Assembly: GCA_964468805.1 (NCBI GenBank)
Contig: CAYXWM010000006.1
Coordinates: forward strand, 557-64,556
Direction: 5' to 3'
Origin: an uncultured Defluviitaleaceae bacterium
GTDB taxonomy: Bacteria; Bacillota; Clostridia; Lachnospirales; WRBF01
DNA length: 64,000 nt
Shown here: positions 9,324-18,035 of the stretch, piece by piece
Position numbering within the stretch: position 1 is the first letter of the stretch
Layout of the letters: every line of letters starts with the position of its first letter
Translations under genes and position numbers: made by a program
Notes under the pieces: generated by a model
The model's input: only the letters and a program-made list of their open reading frames with translations
What the model was told of the DNA's origin: nothing
Databases searched by the model: none

Positions 9324-9785
9324 ATGATAAAAGACGTTAATCACATCGGAATAAATGTACGTGATATGGCCGCAAGCATCGGTTTTTACGGTGAAGTTTT
9401 GGGATTCGAGCAACTTGGAGGCATTGTAGACCAAAAAGATTTAAAATGCCGTGTACAATACATGAAAACGCCGGACGGAGTAATGATAGAATTTATTGAA
9501 TATTATCCCGACGTTGAAGTTAATGCCTACAAAGTAACTCAAGCCGGTGTCTACCGTCATATTGCTTTTACTGTAGAAAGTAAAGAAGATTTCGTAATTT
9601 ATTTAAATCGCTTGAAAGAAGCAAAAAATAAGTTCCCCAATATAATTGTTCCTGAAAAACCCGAGTACCTACCGTATTTAGACCTTGATGTTTTACTGTT
9701 CCATGACCCTAACGGAGTTGAAATAGAGCTTTGCTTAAAACGAACCGTTGACCGTTATGACTGGCCACAAGACTTAATTAAGTAA
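9324..9785 (+). CDS. VOC (glyoxalase/bleomycin resistance/dioxygenase) family protein
   Basis: The N-terminal HIGINVRDM...FY..LGF pattern is typical of VOC fold proteins. Confidence 0.65.
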   Translation: MIKDVNHIGINVRDMAASIGFYGEVLGFEQLGGIVDQKDLKCRVQYMKTPDGVMIEFIEYYPDVEVNAYKVTQAGVYRHIAFTVESKEDFVIYLNRLKEAKNKFPNIIVPEKPEYLPYLDLDVLLFHDPNGVEIELCLKRTVDRYDWPQDLIK

Positions 9786-9826
9786 TTCTGTAAATCAGTA
9801 TAAGGACATAAGGAGATGTTTTAACA

Positions 9827-10774
9827 GTGTTTGATTTTTCGGCTGCAACAAAGCCAACTCTATATTTTATCGGTGTAACCACTTCAAAATCTTCTATTGT
9901 GAAAGTATTTCCCTTATGGGCAAAAGAATTGGGCTTAAAAGATGTGGAAATCAAAGGCATAGACTTACCTATTCATGCTCCGGCGGAAGACTATCGCAGG
10001 GTAACCGAATTTCTGAAAAATGACCCATTATCAAGGGGTGCTTTGGTAACTACACATAAACTTGACCTCTACGCAGCTTGCCAAGACCAATTTGACTACA
10101 TAGACCCCTTTGCAAAACAACTTGGAGAAGTATCCTGCTTATCCAAGTCCGGAAATAAATTTTGTGCCCATGCCAAAGACCCAATTTCAAGCGGTTTGGC
10201 TTTAGAGCAATTTGTTCCGGCAGATTTTTGGAAAAACCATGGTGGTCACGTACTTTTATTGGGTTCCGGAGGCAGTGCCTTGGCTATGTCCCTGTATTTG
10301 ACCCAAAGTCGCTTTGGAGACAATGTTCCGTCTCATATTACGCTGACTAACCGCAGTGAACCTCGTCTGACAGAGGCTAAAAAAATATTGTCTGATTTAA
10401 ACCCAAAAACCAAATTCTCTTATCTTATTACCAAAACACCCGACCTGAATGATGCAGCAATCAAAGCCTTGCCGCCTTATTCCCTTATCGTAAACGCTAC
10501 CGGTTTAGGTAAAGATGCTCCGGGTTCACCCACCACAGATGCCGTTGATTATCCCGAAAACAGTCTTGTTTGGGAAATTAACTACCGCGGTGATTTAGTT
10601 TTTATGTATCAAGCACAGGCTCAACAAAAAGAAAAAAAACTGGTAATCGAAGACGGTTGGAAATACTTTATCCATGGCTGGACACAGGTTATAGGTGAGG
10701 TTTTCCATTTGGATATTACAGGTAAGACTTTAGATAAACTCAGCGACATTGCCTTGGAGATTCAAGGTGCTTAA
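9827..10774 (+). CDS. shikimate/quinate dehydrogenase-like oxidoreductase
   Basis: GTG start with an AAGGAG SD. LLLGSGGSALA Rossmann motif and VNATGLGK, resembling the AroE family. Confidence 0.6.
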   Translation: MFDFSAATKPTLYFIGVTTSKSSIVKVFPLWAKELGLKDVEIKGIDLPIHAPAEDYRRVTEFLKNDPLSRGALVTTHKLDLYAACQDQFDYIDPFAKQLGEVSCLSKSGNKFCAHAKDPISSGLALEQFVPADFWKNHGGHVLLLGSGGSALAMSLYLTQSRFGDNVPSHITLTNRSEPRLTEAKKILSDLNPKTKFSYLITKTPDLNDAAIKALPPYSLIVNATGLGKDAPGSPTTDAVDYPENSLVWEINYRGDLVFMYQAQAQQKEKKLVIEDGWKYFIHGWTQVIGEVFHLDITGKTLDKLSDIALEIQGA

Positions 10775-10878
10775 TAAAAAATGAGGCAACTGATTGTTCG
10801 GGAAAGTTTAAAGCATACGAATAAATTATAAAAAAGGAATACATTCTCAGTAATCGGCTTTTTAGAAATTAGAAGTTT

Positions 10879-10950
10879 AAGGGAGAAATCTTTATCTCTC
10901 CACTTATTTCTAACTTAAATTTCATTCGGAAATTTATTCTCCCTCAAGGT
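10879..10950 (+). repeat. GAGGGA...TCCCTCAAGG hairpin family, copy A
   Basis: agggagaa (10880-10887) pairs with ttctccct (10937-10944). The 3' arm CCCTCAAGGTTT is shared with 19280-19291. Confidence 0.5.
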
Positions 10951-11002
10951 TTAAATTTTTTAAATAATAATAGCAGACTAACGTTAAGGAGTTGACTTAA
11001 TT

Positions 11003-11578
11003 ATGAATTTTGATTGGGTACGTGGATTTACTTTGGATTTTGCACTTGCAAACGGAGTTTCAAAGGGAGCAGAACCCACAAAACGTTATTTATCACAAAT
11101 GAAAGATATGTATGCCGACACAAAAGCGGCGGAAGTAATGTTACAAGATAACGATCCTTTGGTTTATGAATTTTTTGAACTTGGTGCTCCTGAGCATCCC
11201 GGTGATTTGGCTTTCGGTACATCCATTACATATCCCGGCAAAGTGGGCAATGAGTATTTTATGACTAAAGGACATTTTCATACAATTTTGGATACGGCGG
11301 AGGTTTATTACTGCTTGTCCGGAAAAGGATTTATGTTAACAGAAAGCCCGGAAGGCGATGTTGTTCTTCATAATTTGGAGCCGGGAGTGGCAGTATACGT
11401 TCCCAAGAACTATGCTCACCGCAGCATCAACAGCGGAGATACTCCCCTTGTTACCTTCTTTTGTTTCAGAGGAGATGCCGGGCACGATTACGGTACTATC
11501 GAAACAAAAGGTTACCGCAAATTGGTAGTTGAAAAAGACTCAAAGCCTACCCTTGCAGATAACCCCAAGTGGAAATAA
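11003..11578 (+). CDS. pgiA: cupin-type glucose-6-phosphate isomerase
   Basis: Aligns by eye end to end with the Pyrococcus-type cupin PGI as I recall it. Shared blocks are YPGKVGNEYFMTKGHFH, EVYYCLSGKG, PEGD, YVP..YAHRS.N.GD, AGHDYGTI and DNPKWK. Confidence 0.8.
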   Translation: MNFDWVRGFTLDFALANGVSKGAEPTKRYLSQMKDMYADTKAAEVMLQDNDPLVYEFFELGAPEHPGDLAFGTSITYPGKVGNEYFMTKGHFHTILDTAEVYYCLSGKGFMLTESPEGDVVLHNLEPGVAVYVPKNYAHRSINSGDTPLVTFFCFRGDAGHDYGTIETKGYRKLVVEKDSKPTLADNPKWK

Positions 11579-11658
11579 ACAATTAAGTTATACCTGTATC
11601 GAAAACAGAAAATTACGAACTGTAGTCTTTCTAAAGTGAATACAGATTTTGCCGGCAG

Positions 11659-11685
11659 GAGTGTTGAACAACCGGTTCAACACTC
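11659..11685. promoter_or_regulatory. perfect 11-bp inverted repeat upstream of eda
   Basis: GAGTGTTGAAC-N5-GTTCAACACTC with no trailing T-run. It ends about 10 nt before the GGGAGG SD of the 11705 ATG. Confidence 0.4.
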
Positions 11686-11704
11686 TAATAATATGGGAGG
11701 TTTT

Positions 11705-12337
11705 ATGGAAGATTTACATTTAAAAATATCCCGGTAGAAACTTGTTCCGGTAATAAGGCTTGAAAAGTCCGAAAACGCTGTTCCGCTAGCCGATGCCTTA
11801 ATCCAAGGCGGTTTACCGGTGGCAGAGGTTACCTTGCGTACAGATGCGGCGGTGGAATCCATTGAAAAAATGGCAAAAGCCCGTCCGGAAGTATTGCTTG
11901 GAGCCGGAACGGTAATTAATGTGGAACAAGTTAAGGCTACAACCCAAGCAGGTGCTAAATTTATAGTTACGGCAGGTTTTAATCGCAAGGTAACGGAGTA
12001 TTGTGTTGACAATAATATTCCTATTTTCCCGGGAGCTTGTACGCCGACGGAATTAATGTTTTTGCTTGAATATAATTTGACAGTGGCAAAATTCTTCCCG
12101 GCAGCACAATACGGCGGTTTAGGAACAATCAAGGCTTTGGCTGCTCCTTTTCCTCAGATGAAATTTATGCCCACCGGCGGAATTACACAGGATAATATCC
12201 TTGAATACTTATCATTTCCCAAAATAATTGCCTGCGGCGGCAGTTGGATGGTAAAAGACGAATTAATTGCGGATAAACAATTTGATTCTATAGCGAAGCT
12301 GGTTTCTCAAGCAGTTAATTTAATAAATTCCAAATAA
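11705..12337 (+). pseudogene. eda: KDPG/KHG aldolase (Eda family) interrupted by an in-frame TAG at 11735-11737
   Basis: A GGGAGG SD precedes the ATG at 11705. Translation reads MEDLHLKISR*KLVPVIRLEKSENAVPLADALIQGGLPVAEVTLRT..., all in one frame with ORF 11819-12337. The residues after the stop form the canonical first strand of the Eda barrel. Confidence 0.7.
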
Positions 12338-12422
12338 ATTCGATGGAATGAAAGTTTTGTATACATAAAAATTAATTATTCGGTAAATCAATTCTGACTT
12401 ATGGACAGATACATTTTTTAAA

Positions 12423-12462
12423 ACGGTGAAAGACCAAGCGACTTGGTTTCACCGGTTTTTTT
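12423..12462 (+). terminator. intrinsic terminator after eda
   Basis: Stem cggtgaaagaccaag / cttggtttcaccg followed by T7. Confidence 0.75.
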
Positions 12463-12487
12463 ATAAGTTTATTGAAATTACCGGAAG

Positions 12488-12537
12488 TTGACAAGTTTTA
12501 AATGCCGGGATAAAATATAATAGAATAAAATTTTATT
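12488..12537 (+). promoter_or_regulatory. rpiR promoter with a downstream copy of the 14-bp palindrome
   Basis: TTGACA (12488-12493), 17-nt spacer, TAAAAT (12511-12516). AATAAAATTTTATT lies at 12524-12537, over the expected transcript start. Confidence 0.55.
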
Positions 12538-12569
12538 TTTTCAAGTTTGTAACACAAGAAAGGGCAACT

Positions 12570-13454
12570 ATGTCAGAAAATATAATAAGCAGAATTTCTG
12601 CACAAAAATCATATTTAAATCCCGCTTTACAAAGAATCGGACAATACATATTGGATAATAAAGAAAAATGCAAAACCATAACCATTAAAGAGTTGGCGGT
12701 AACCTGCGGAGTAGCAGAATCCACAGTGACACGCTTTGTCAAAGAAATAGGCTTTTCCGGTTTTCAAGAAATGAAAATCTCCTTGGCAGAATATCTCTCC
12801 CAAAGCGAAGCCGAAATACAGCAAGTAGAATCCACTATATATGAAGATATAAGCAAAAACGATACTTTTGAAGATATAGTCAAAAAAATATATCATAAAA
12901 ATATACAGAAAATCACAGAAACAATGGAAACATTATACGGCCCTGCTTTGCAAGAGGTAGTAAATGTTATTTCGGAAGCAAAGCAACTGATTTTTGTCAG
13001 CACAGGCTCCTCGTCTGTGGCTTCGGAAGAAGCGGTAATGAGGTTTACCCGCTCGGGTAAGAAGTGCATTTATTGGAAAGACTATGCCCTGCAATTAATG
13101 TATTCCTCCATAGTCTTGGAAGGTGATGTACTTATAGCAATCAGTGTATCCGGCAGAACGAAAATAGTCGTTGATTCCGTTGAATTGGCTAGGCTTAACG
13201 GTGCAAAAACCATAGGTATAACCTCCGACCCACAATCACAGTTGGCGAAAGCCTGCGAATACACTTTATTCACACCCAACAGAAACGGTAAGTCGCTTTC
13301 GGCTCAACACTGGGAATCAACCTCTTCCAAGGCGGCCCAAATATTTTTGATAGACATTTTATACGCCTGTTATGCCGTAAAAAATTATGACCAAACTTTG
13401 GATTGCTTAAATAAAACTTATGTTGCAATAAAAGATACCAGATATTCAAATTGA
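12570..13454 (+). CDS. MurR/RpiR family transcriptional regulator (HTH + SIS domain)
   Basis: The N-terminal segment IKELAVTCGVAESTVTRFVKEIGFSGF is a typical RpiR HTH. The C-terminal part is SIS-like (SVSGRT, GAKTIGITS). Confidence 0.85.
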   Translation: MSENIISRISAQKSYLNPALQRIGQYILDNKEKCKTITIKELAVTCGVAESTVTRFVKEIGFSGFQEMKISLAEYLSQSEAEIQQVESTIYEDISKNDTFEDIVKKIYHKNIQKITETMETLYGPALQEVVNVISEAKQLIFVSTGSSSVASEEAVMRFTRSGKKCIYWKDYALQLMYSSIVLEGDVLIAISVSGRTKIVVDSVELARLNGAKTIGITSDPQSQLAKACEYTLFTPNRNGKSLSAQHWESTSSKAAQIFLIDILYACYAVKNYDQTLDCLNKTYVAIKDTRYSN

Positions 13455-13505
13455 TTTCAAAACTCCTGTTTCTTCCGAAAAGAATAGGAGTTTTAATTTA
13501 TTCTA

Positions 13506-13533
13506 TTGACAAAATAAAATTTTATTCTATAAT
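13506..13533 (+). promoter_or_regulatory. sigma-A-type promoter with embedded 14-bp palindrome (duplicate of 2582-2609)
   Basis: TTGACA (13506-13511), palindrome at 13513-13526, TATAAT (13528-13533). Confidence 0.65.
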
Positions 13534-13571
13534 AACATATATAGTATAAAATTTAATTCGGGGGTATTAAA

Positions 13572-14618
13572 ATGAAAGCTGCTTTATATCAAGGTGTAGG
13601 TAAAATTAACGTTGCCGTTATAGATAAACCTAAAATTAATGATGATGAGATACTTTTAAAAGTAAGAGCCGCGGCGGTTTGTGGCACGGATTTAAGGATT
13701 TATAAATTTGGGCATTTTAAAATACCCGAAAACGGCAATAGAGTCTTAGGGCATGAAATTGCCGGAGAAATTGCGGAAGTAGGTAAAAACGTACAAGATT
13801 ATTTGGTAGGAATGAGAGTTGCCGTTGCTCCCAATGTTGGTTGCGGTAAATGCAGTTTGTGCATATCCGGAAATAATCAACTCTGCCCCGACTATGAGGC
13901 TTTTGGAATCAGCTATGACGGAGGTTTCCAAGAATATATGCGTATACCTTCAAAGGCAGTATTGCAAGGCAATGTTGCGGTAATACCGGACAGTCTATCC
14001 TTTGAAGAAGCGGCTATCGCCGAACCCTTTTCTTGTACATATAACTCATACAGAGCCTTAAATACAAAACCAGGAGATATAGTAGTAATAATCGGTGCCG
14101 GGCCCATCGGAGCCTGTCATGTAATGATAAACAAGCTGGCAGGAGCCGCTAAAATTATTGTATCCGACGTTTCTTCATCAAGACTGGACGAAATCCGCAA
14201 ATTCGGAGCAGATGTGGTTGTAAACAGCACCAAGGAAGACCTTGCAGAAGCAGTTAAAAAAGAATCTATGGGTCTGGGTGCTGACGTCGTAATTACTGCC
14301 TGTTCTGTACCGGAAGTACAACAACTTGCTTTGGAACTGGCAGGAGCACACGGAAGAATAAATTTCTTTGGCGGAATGCCAAAAGGCAAAGAAATGGTTA
14401 CCCTTAACACAAACTTGATACATTATAAAGAATTAATCGCTTTAGGTACAACCGGTTCCAATATCCGTGATTATTACGAAGCAATAAAAATAGCCGCTTC
14501 CGGTAAAGTTAATTTAAAAGAATTGGCAACAGCACTTTTTCCCATAGACAAAGTCCAAGAAGCCTTTGATTATTCACTTTCCGGTAAGGGAATGAAAGCG
14601 TTGATTACATTTGAATAG
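13572..14618 (+). CDS. zinc-dependent alcohol/polyol dehydrogenase (sorbitol-DH-like MDR)
   Basis: CGTDL, GHE and the structural-zinc Cys cluster CGKCSLCISGNNQLC. GAGPIG Rossmann motif. Confidence 0.8.
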   Translation: MKAALYQGVGKINVAVIDKPKINDDEILLKVRAAAVCGTDLRIYKFGHFKIPENGNRVLGHEIAGEIAEVGKNVQDYLVGMRVAVAPNVGCGKCSLCISGNNQLCPDYEAFGISYDGGFQEYMRIPSKAVLQGNVAVIPDSLSFEEAAIAEPFSCTYNSYRALNTKPGDIVVIIGAGPIGACHVMINKLAGAAKIIVSDVSSSRLDEIRKFGADVVVNSTKEDLAEAVKKESMGLGADVVITACSVPEVQQLALELAGAHGRINFFGGMPKGKEMVTLNTNLIHYKELIALGTTGSNIRDYYEAIKIAASGKVNLKELATALFPIDKVQEAFDYSLSGKGMKALITFE

Positions 14619-14629
14619 GAGGCAATAAT

Positions 14630-15676
14630 ATGTCAAAAACCATGAAAGCCGCCGTTCTTCATGCACCGGGCGATTTAAGAATAGAGCAGGTAGAAATCCC
14701 CAAACCCAATGAAAACGAAGCCTTAATTCGTGTAAAAGCCGCCGGGATTTGCGGTTCCGACTTGGATAGGGTAATGAAAACAGGCACCTATAAATTCCCT
14801 ACTGTTCCCGGGCATGAATTTTGCGGACAGATAGCATACATCCCCGATAACACAGAGGGATTTAAAATAGGCGACAAAGTTGCTGTCGCCCCTATACTTC
14901 CTTGCTATAAATGTGATAATTGTCAACAAGGCAAATACGGTCAGTGCATTAATTACAATTACTTGGGCTCTCGAACCGACGGCGGTTTTGCGGAATATGT
15001 ATGTGCTCCTGTTAAGAATTTAATTAAACTTCCCGAAAGTATTCCCTATTCCGTAGGTGCGGCAATAGAGCCTGCGGCAGTTACCTTGCATGGTATAATG
15101 AGATTGAATATTCAAGCAGGAGATACCGTAGCCGTTTTGGGCTGTGGCACTATAGGTTTATTTGCAATACAATTCGCGAAAATCATGGGTGCGGGAATTG
15201 TCTTGGCTATGGATATAGACGATGAAAGGCTAACCATAGCAAAACAATCCGGTGCGGATTTATTATTTAATGCAAAAGACCCCCATGTAATTTCAAAAAT
15301 GAAAGAAGCCGCCGGCGAAATAAACATAGTAGTTGAAACCGCAGGCGTCAGCATTACCCAGATTCAGTCCATAGAACTGGTAAAAACCCACGGACAAATC
15401 CTGTACTTGGGCACAGCCCATAAAGACGTATCCATTCCGCCGCATACCTTTGAACGAATAGTAAGAGGAGAAATCTCAATCACAGGCTCATGGAACTCAT
15501 TTTCCGCACCTTTTCCGGGTAGAGAATGGTCCTCGGTTATTACATATCTTACCCAAGGGCGATTGGAACTGGAGGCATATATAACCCACAAGTTCCCATT
15601 GGAAAAAGCCCCTGAAGTAATAAAAAGTATGTCCGAAAAACAATTTACCTTTAATAAAGTTGTTTTGGAAATATAA
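14630..15676 (+). CDS. zinc-dependent polyol(-phosphate) dehydrogenase (GatD-like MDR)
   Basis: CGSDL, GHEF, CYKCDNCQQGKYGQC, GCGTIG. Confidence 0.8.
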   Translation: MSKTMKAAVLHAPGDLRIEQVEIPKPNENEALIRVKAAGICGSDLDRVMKTGTYKFPTVPGHEFCGQIAYIPDNTEGFKIGDKVAVAPILPCYKCDNCQQGKYGQCINYNYLGSRTDGGFAEYVCAPVKNLIKLPESIPYSVGAAIEPAAVTLHGIMRLNIQAGDTVAVLGCGTIGLFAIQFAKIMGAGIVLAMDIDDERLTIAKQSGADLLFNAKDPHVISKMKEAAGEINIVVETAGVSITQIQSIELVKTHGQILYLGTAHKDVSIPPHTFERIVRGEISITGSWNSFSAPFPGREWSSVITYLTQGRLELEAYITHKFPLEKAPEVIKSMSEKQFTFNKVVLEI

Positions 15677-15776
15677 GCAAAAGGTATGCAGTATTCCTCT
15701 TATTTGACAATCCGAATAAACCTTACCGCCCTGAGCATAATAAATATTGAAACTTAATGCTCAGGGAGGAATGAAT

Positions 15777-15908
15777 ATGAATAACAATAAAAATAGGTTA
15801 AGAGATACTGACGTAAGTAATGCTGAATTACGAAAAATGCAACCGAAAGATAATGCGGATGTGGGGATAAAAGATGGTAAGAAGATTGGTGGTAAGGAAA
15901 AGGGTTGA
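15777..15908 (+). CDS. possible small hydrophilic protein (43 aa)
   Basis: AGGGAGGA SD at 15763-15770 and ATG at 15777. Product MNNNKNRLRDTDVSNAELRKMQPKDNADVGIKDGKKIGGKEKG. A terminator follows. Not in the ORF track and no homology recognised. Confidence 0.3.
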   Translation: MNNNKNRLRDTDVSNAELRKMQPKDNADVGIKDGKKIGGKEKG

Positions 15909-15958
15909 GATTATTCTAAAAAATTCATGATGATATGAGTGTATATTGTAAACTGCAA

Positions 15959-16000
15959 TAAGACCCCGTGACGGTTTTTGGATAACCGGCGGGGTCTTTA
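15959..16000 (+). terminator. intrinsic terminator
   Basis: aagaccccg...cggggtctt stem followed by a T-rich run. Confidence 0.6.
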
Positions 16001-16167
16001 ATTTTGGAATTATAAAGCTTAGTTACAGAACATGTTCAGAAGCAACATAAATACTATACTAATTCCAAAGAAGATGAAAGACAAAAGTAATCGTTTTTTC
16101 CTTGAACCGTTGGGAAAAAACAATTATATTTGTCCTATGTTTAAAATGGAATCAGTGTACTTCACCT

Positions 16168-16803
16168 TCATTGTAAAACAGAATGGAAAAGAATATAAAA
16201 TTCTTCTTGGCTTGCTTGGTGTTTTTTCTCCATATATTCGAAAGATTTATCATATTCCTGAGCTTCTTCTTCGTCAACCTGCATAACAGAACTTTCATGG
16301 TAAATCCATTTTCTGCCATCCAGGACATTAGGCTTAAGCTCTTTAACCATCATACCCGTAGGAAATTTTCCGTTTTCAAGGCATACATTATATTTCTTAC
16401 TACTTTTAAAGCCGCGGCTTACATAGTTACCCGGATTTCCGAATATTACAATAACGTCGTAACCGAGTTCAATCGCTTTTTCAAAGGAATGTTCCAACAA
16501 CTTTTTTCCATAGCCCATTCTCTGATATTCGGGCAAAATACAAACCGGGCCAAAGGTTAGGATTTTCTTTTCGTTTCCGCTTTCATCAACCAGTCTTGTT
16601 TTTGTATACATAATATTTCCGATAACTTGATTATCCAGTTCGATAATAAAGTCCAACTCCGGAACAAAATCCTCATGAGAACGCATAACATGAACCAAAT
16701 AGTGTTCCACACAACCCGGAATATATAAATTATAAAATGCCTTTCTTGTAATTTCTTCTGTTTTCTTATAATCGGATTTCTTTTCATTTCTAATATTAAT
16801 CAT
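16168..16803 (-). CDS. GNAT family N-acetyltransferase
   Basis: 211 aa. LPEYQRMGYGKKLL acetyl-CoA motif. GGAGGG SD upstream. Confidence 0.75.
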   Translation of the reverse strand: MINIRNEKKSDYKKTEEITRKAFYNLYIPGCVEHYLVHVMRSHEDFVPELDFIIELDNQVIGNIMYTKTRLVDESGNEKKILTFGPVCILPEYQRMGYGKKLLEHSFEKAIELGYDVIVIFGNPGNYVSRGFKSSKKYNVCLENGKFPTGMMVKELKPNVLDGRKWIYHESSVMQVDEEEAQEYDKSFEYMEKKHQASQEEFYILFHSVLQ

Positions 16804-17500
16804 TTTATAACCCTCCTGCGGTATTCCATATTCCGAATTGTATCACGTCCGACATTGTTCACCTGTTACGAATTATAGCTATAACACCTTTTAGATTTAT
16901 GTAGTGTGTCTATTATACGATAATATTATAAAAATACAAGTATTTTCAACAATTAAGCTTACGATAAAAAAATCCTATCTAACAACCTTATCGTTTCCAT
17001 ATTAAAAATCTCCACACTCCCATTCCGCAACCCTCAAAAAAACATCGAAGCCTCCATTTATGCAATATGCACACAAGCCGTATCTTGGTTATATCAATCG
17101 TCAAACACTCGATTACGCCAAAATAAACACAACTATTCTTAAAGTCATTACAAGATATATATTTAATTACAAAACAACCAAACAAATAATTGTCAAAAAC
17201 AACAATTAGCTTATTAGCTAATATCATGCTCTTTTGACACATTCACCAAATTATTTGTTTATGTTAGACTTTTATGCATACAGAACATATAAAAAAGTGC
17301 GAAATGATGTTTTGAGGTCAAACATTTCTGTAAGATTAAAGACTTAACTATTATAATTATCTTGTTGAACAAATTCGGGGTTTGGTAGCTATGTTTAAAA
17401 TTTATTATATTATTTTAATCAACGGTTACCATAAGAACAAAGCCCGGAATTTTCGGACAGTTGCAGATAAAGCGGCAGAAATGTAGTGGGAGGAGAACTC

Positions 17501-18025
17501 TTGACAGAATTTGAAGAATTGGCACTCAAAAAGATAACCAAGGATTATTTGGTTGACTGTATCTATACCAAAATCAATATTGTTTCGGGTAAATACGGCA
17601 TAAGCAATTCTGAAATCAGCAAATACATCGGTTGGGATCCGGCAGGATTTAATCAAAAATACAACCGAAGCAATGATTTGCGTATCACTACTTTTATAAA
17701 AATTTATGTGGCTTTACAGGATTTAATCAGAATAAAGGAAGCCGAGATAGGCTTTGAAAACATGGTGCATTCGGATATTAGGCTGGATGACTTGATTACT
17801 CAAAATGAACTGGACACGGCTACCCTATTTAACCATATCAGTATGGCAGCAGAAGGTGTCAAAGAATTTTTGTCTGAAAGAACTACTGCTGTTACCTTTT
17901 TAAAAATGAAACCCTTTGTGTTAGTCAGCAAAAGGAACAAGCGATTTAACGACCGGGAAATTGAAGTATACATAAAATATTACAAGGACGCACGGGAAAA
18001 GTATCCCGATTGTAGACCTTCCTGA
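17501..18025 (+). CDS. small helix-turn-helix-like protein of unknown function
   Basis: The GGGAGGAG SD at 17488-17495 favours the TTG at 17501 over the GTG at 17486. The segment GISNSEISKYIGWDPAGFNQKYN resembles an XRE-type HTH. The stop is 10 nt before the DhaK paralog. Confidence 0.55.
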   Translation: MTEFEELALKKITKDYLVDCIYTKINIVSGKYGISNSEISKYIGWDPAGFNQKYNRSNDLRITTFIKIYVALQDLIRIKEAEIGFENMVHSDIRLDDLITQNELDTATLFNHISMAAEGVKEFLSERTTAVTFLKMKPFVLVSKRNKRFNDREIEVYIKYYKDAREKYPDCRPS

Positions 18026-18035
18026 GGAGGATAAT

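Noticed and set aside
2686-9826. Shared string AAGGAGATGTTTTAA before the starts at 2699 and 9827
   Set aside because: It is only about 15 nt, consisting of an SD plus an AT-rich spacer. Flanking sequence and the encoded proteins are unrelated, so it is most likely coincidence.
11735-11737. In-frame TAG in eda as evidence for pyrrolysine or an amber-to-sense recoded genetic code
   Set aside because: TAG is clearly used as a terminator by at least seven neighbouring genes (those ending at 14618, 19034, 20825, 23909, 24998 and 25642, among others), followed by SD sequences of the next gene. No pyl genes lie in the window. Nonsense mutation or sequencing error is more parsimonious, and it is retained only as a finding to verify.
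16988-17242. 84-aa minus-strand ORF in the long intergenic region
   Set aside because: It has no SD, and its Cys/Phe/Ile-rich composition is a by-product of the G-poor plus strand. The region is reported only as a compositional oddity.
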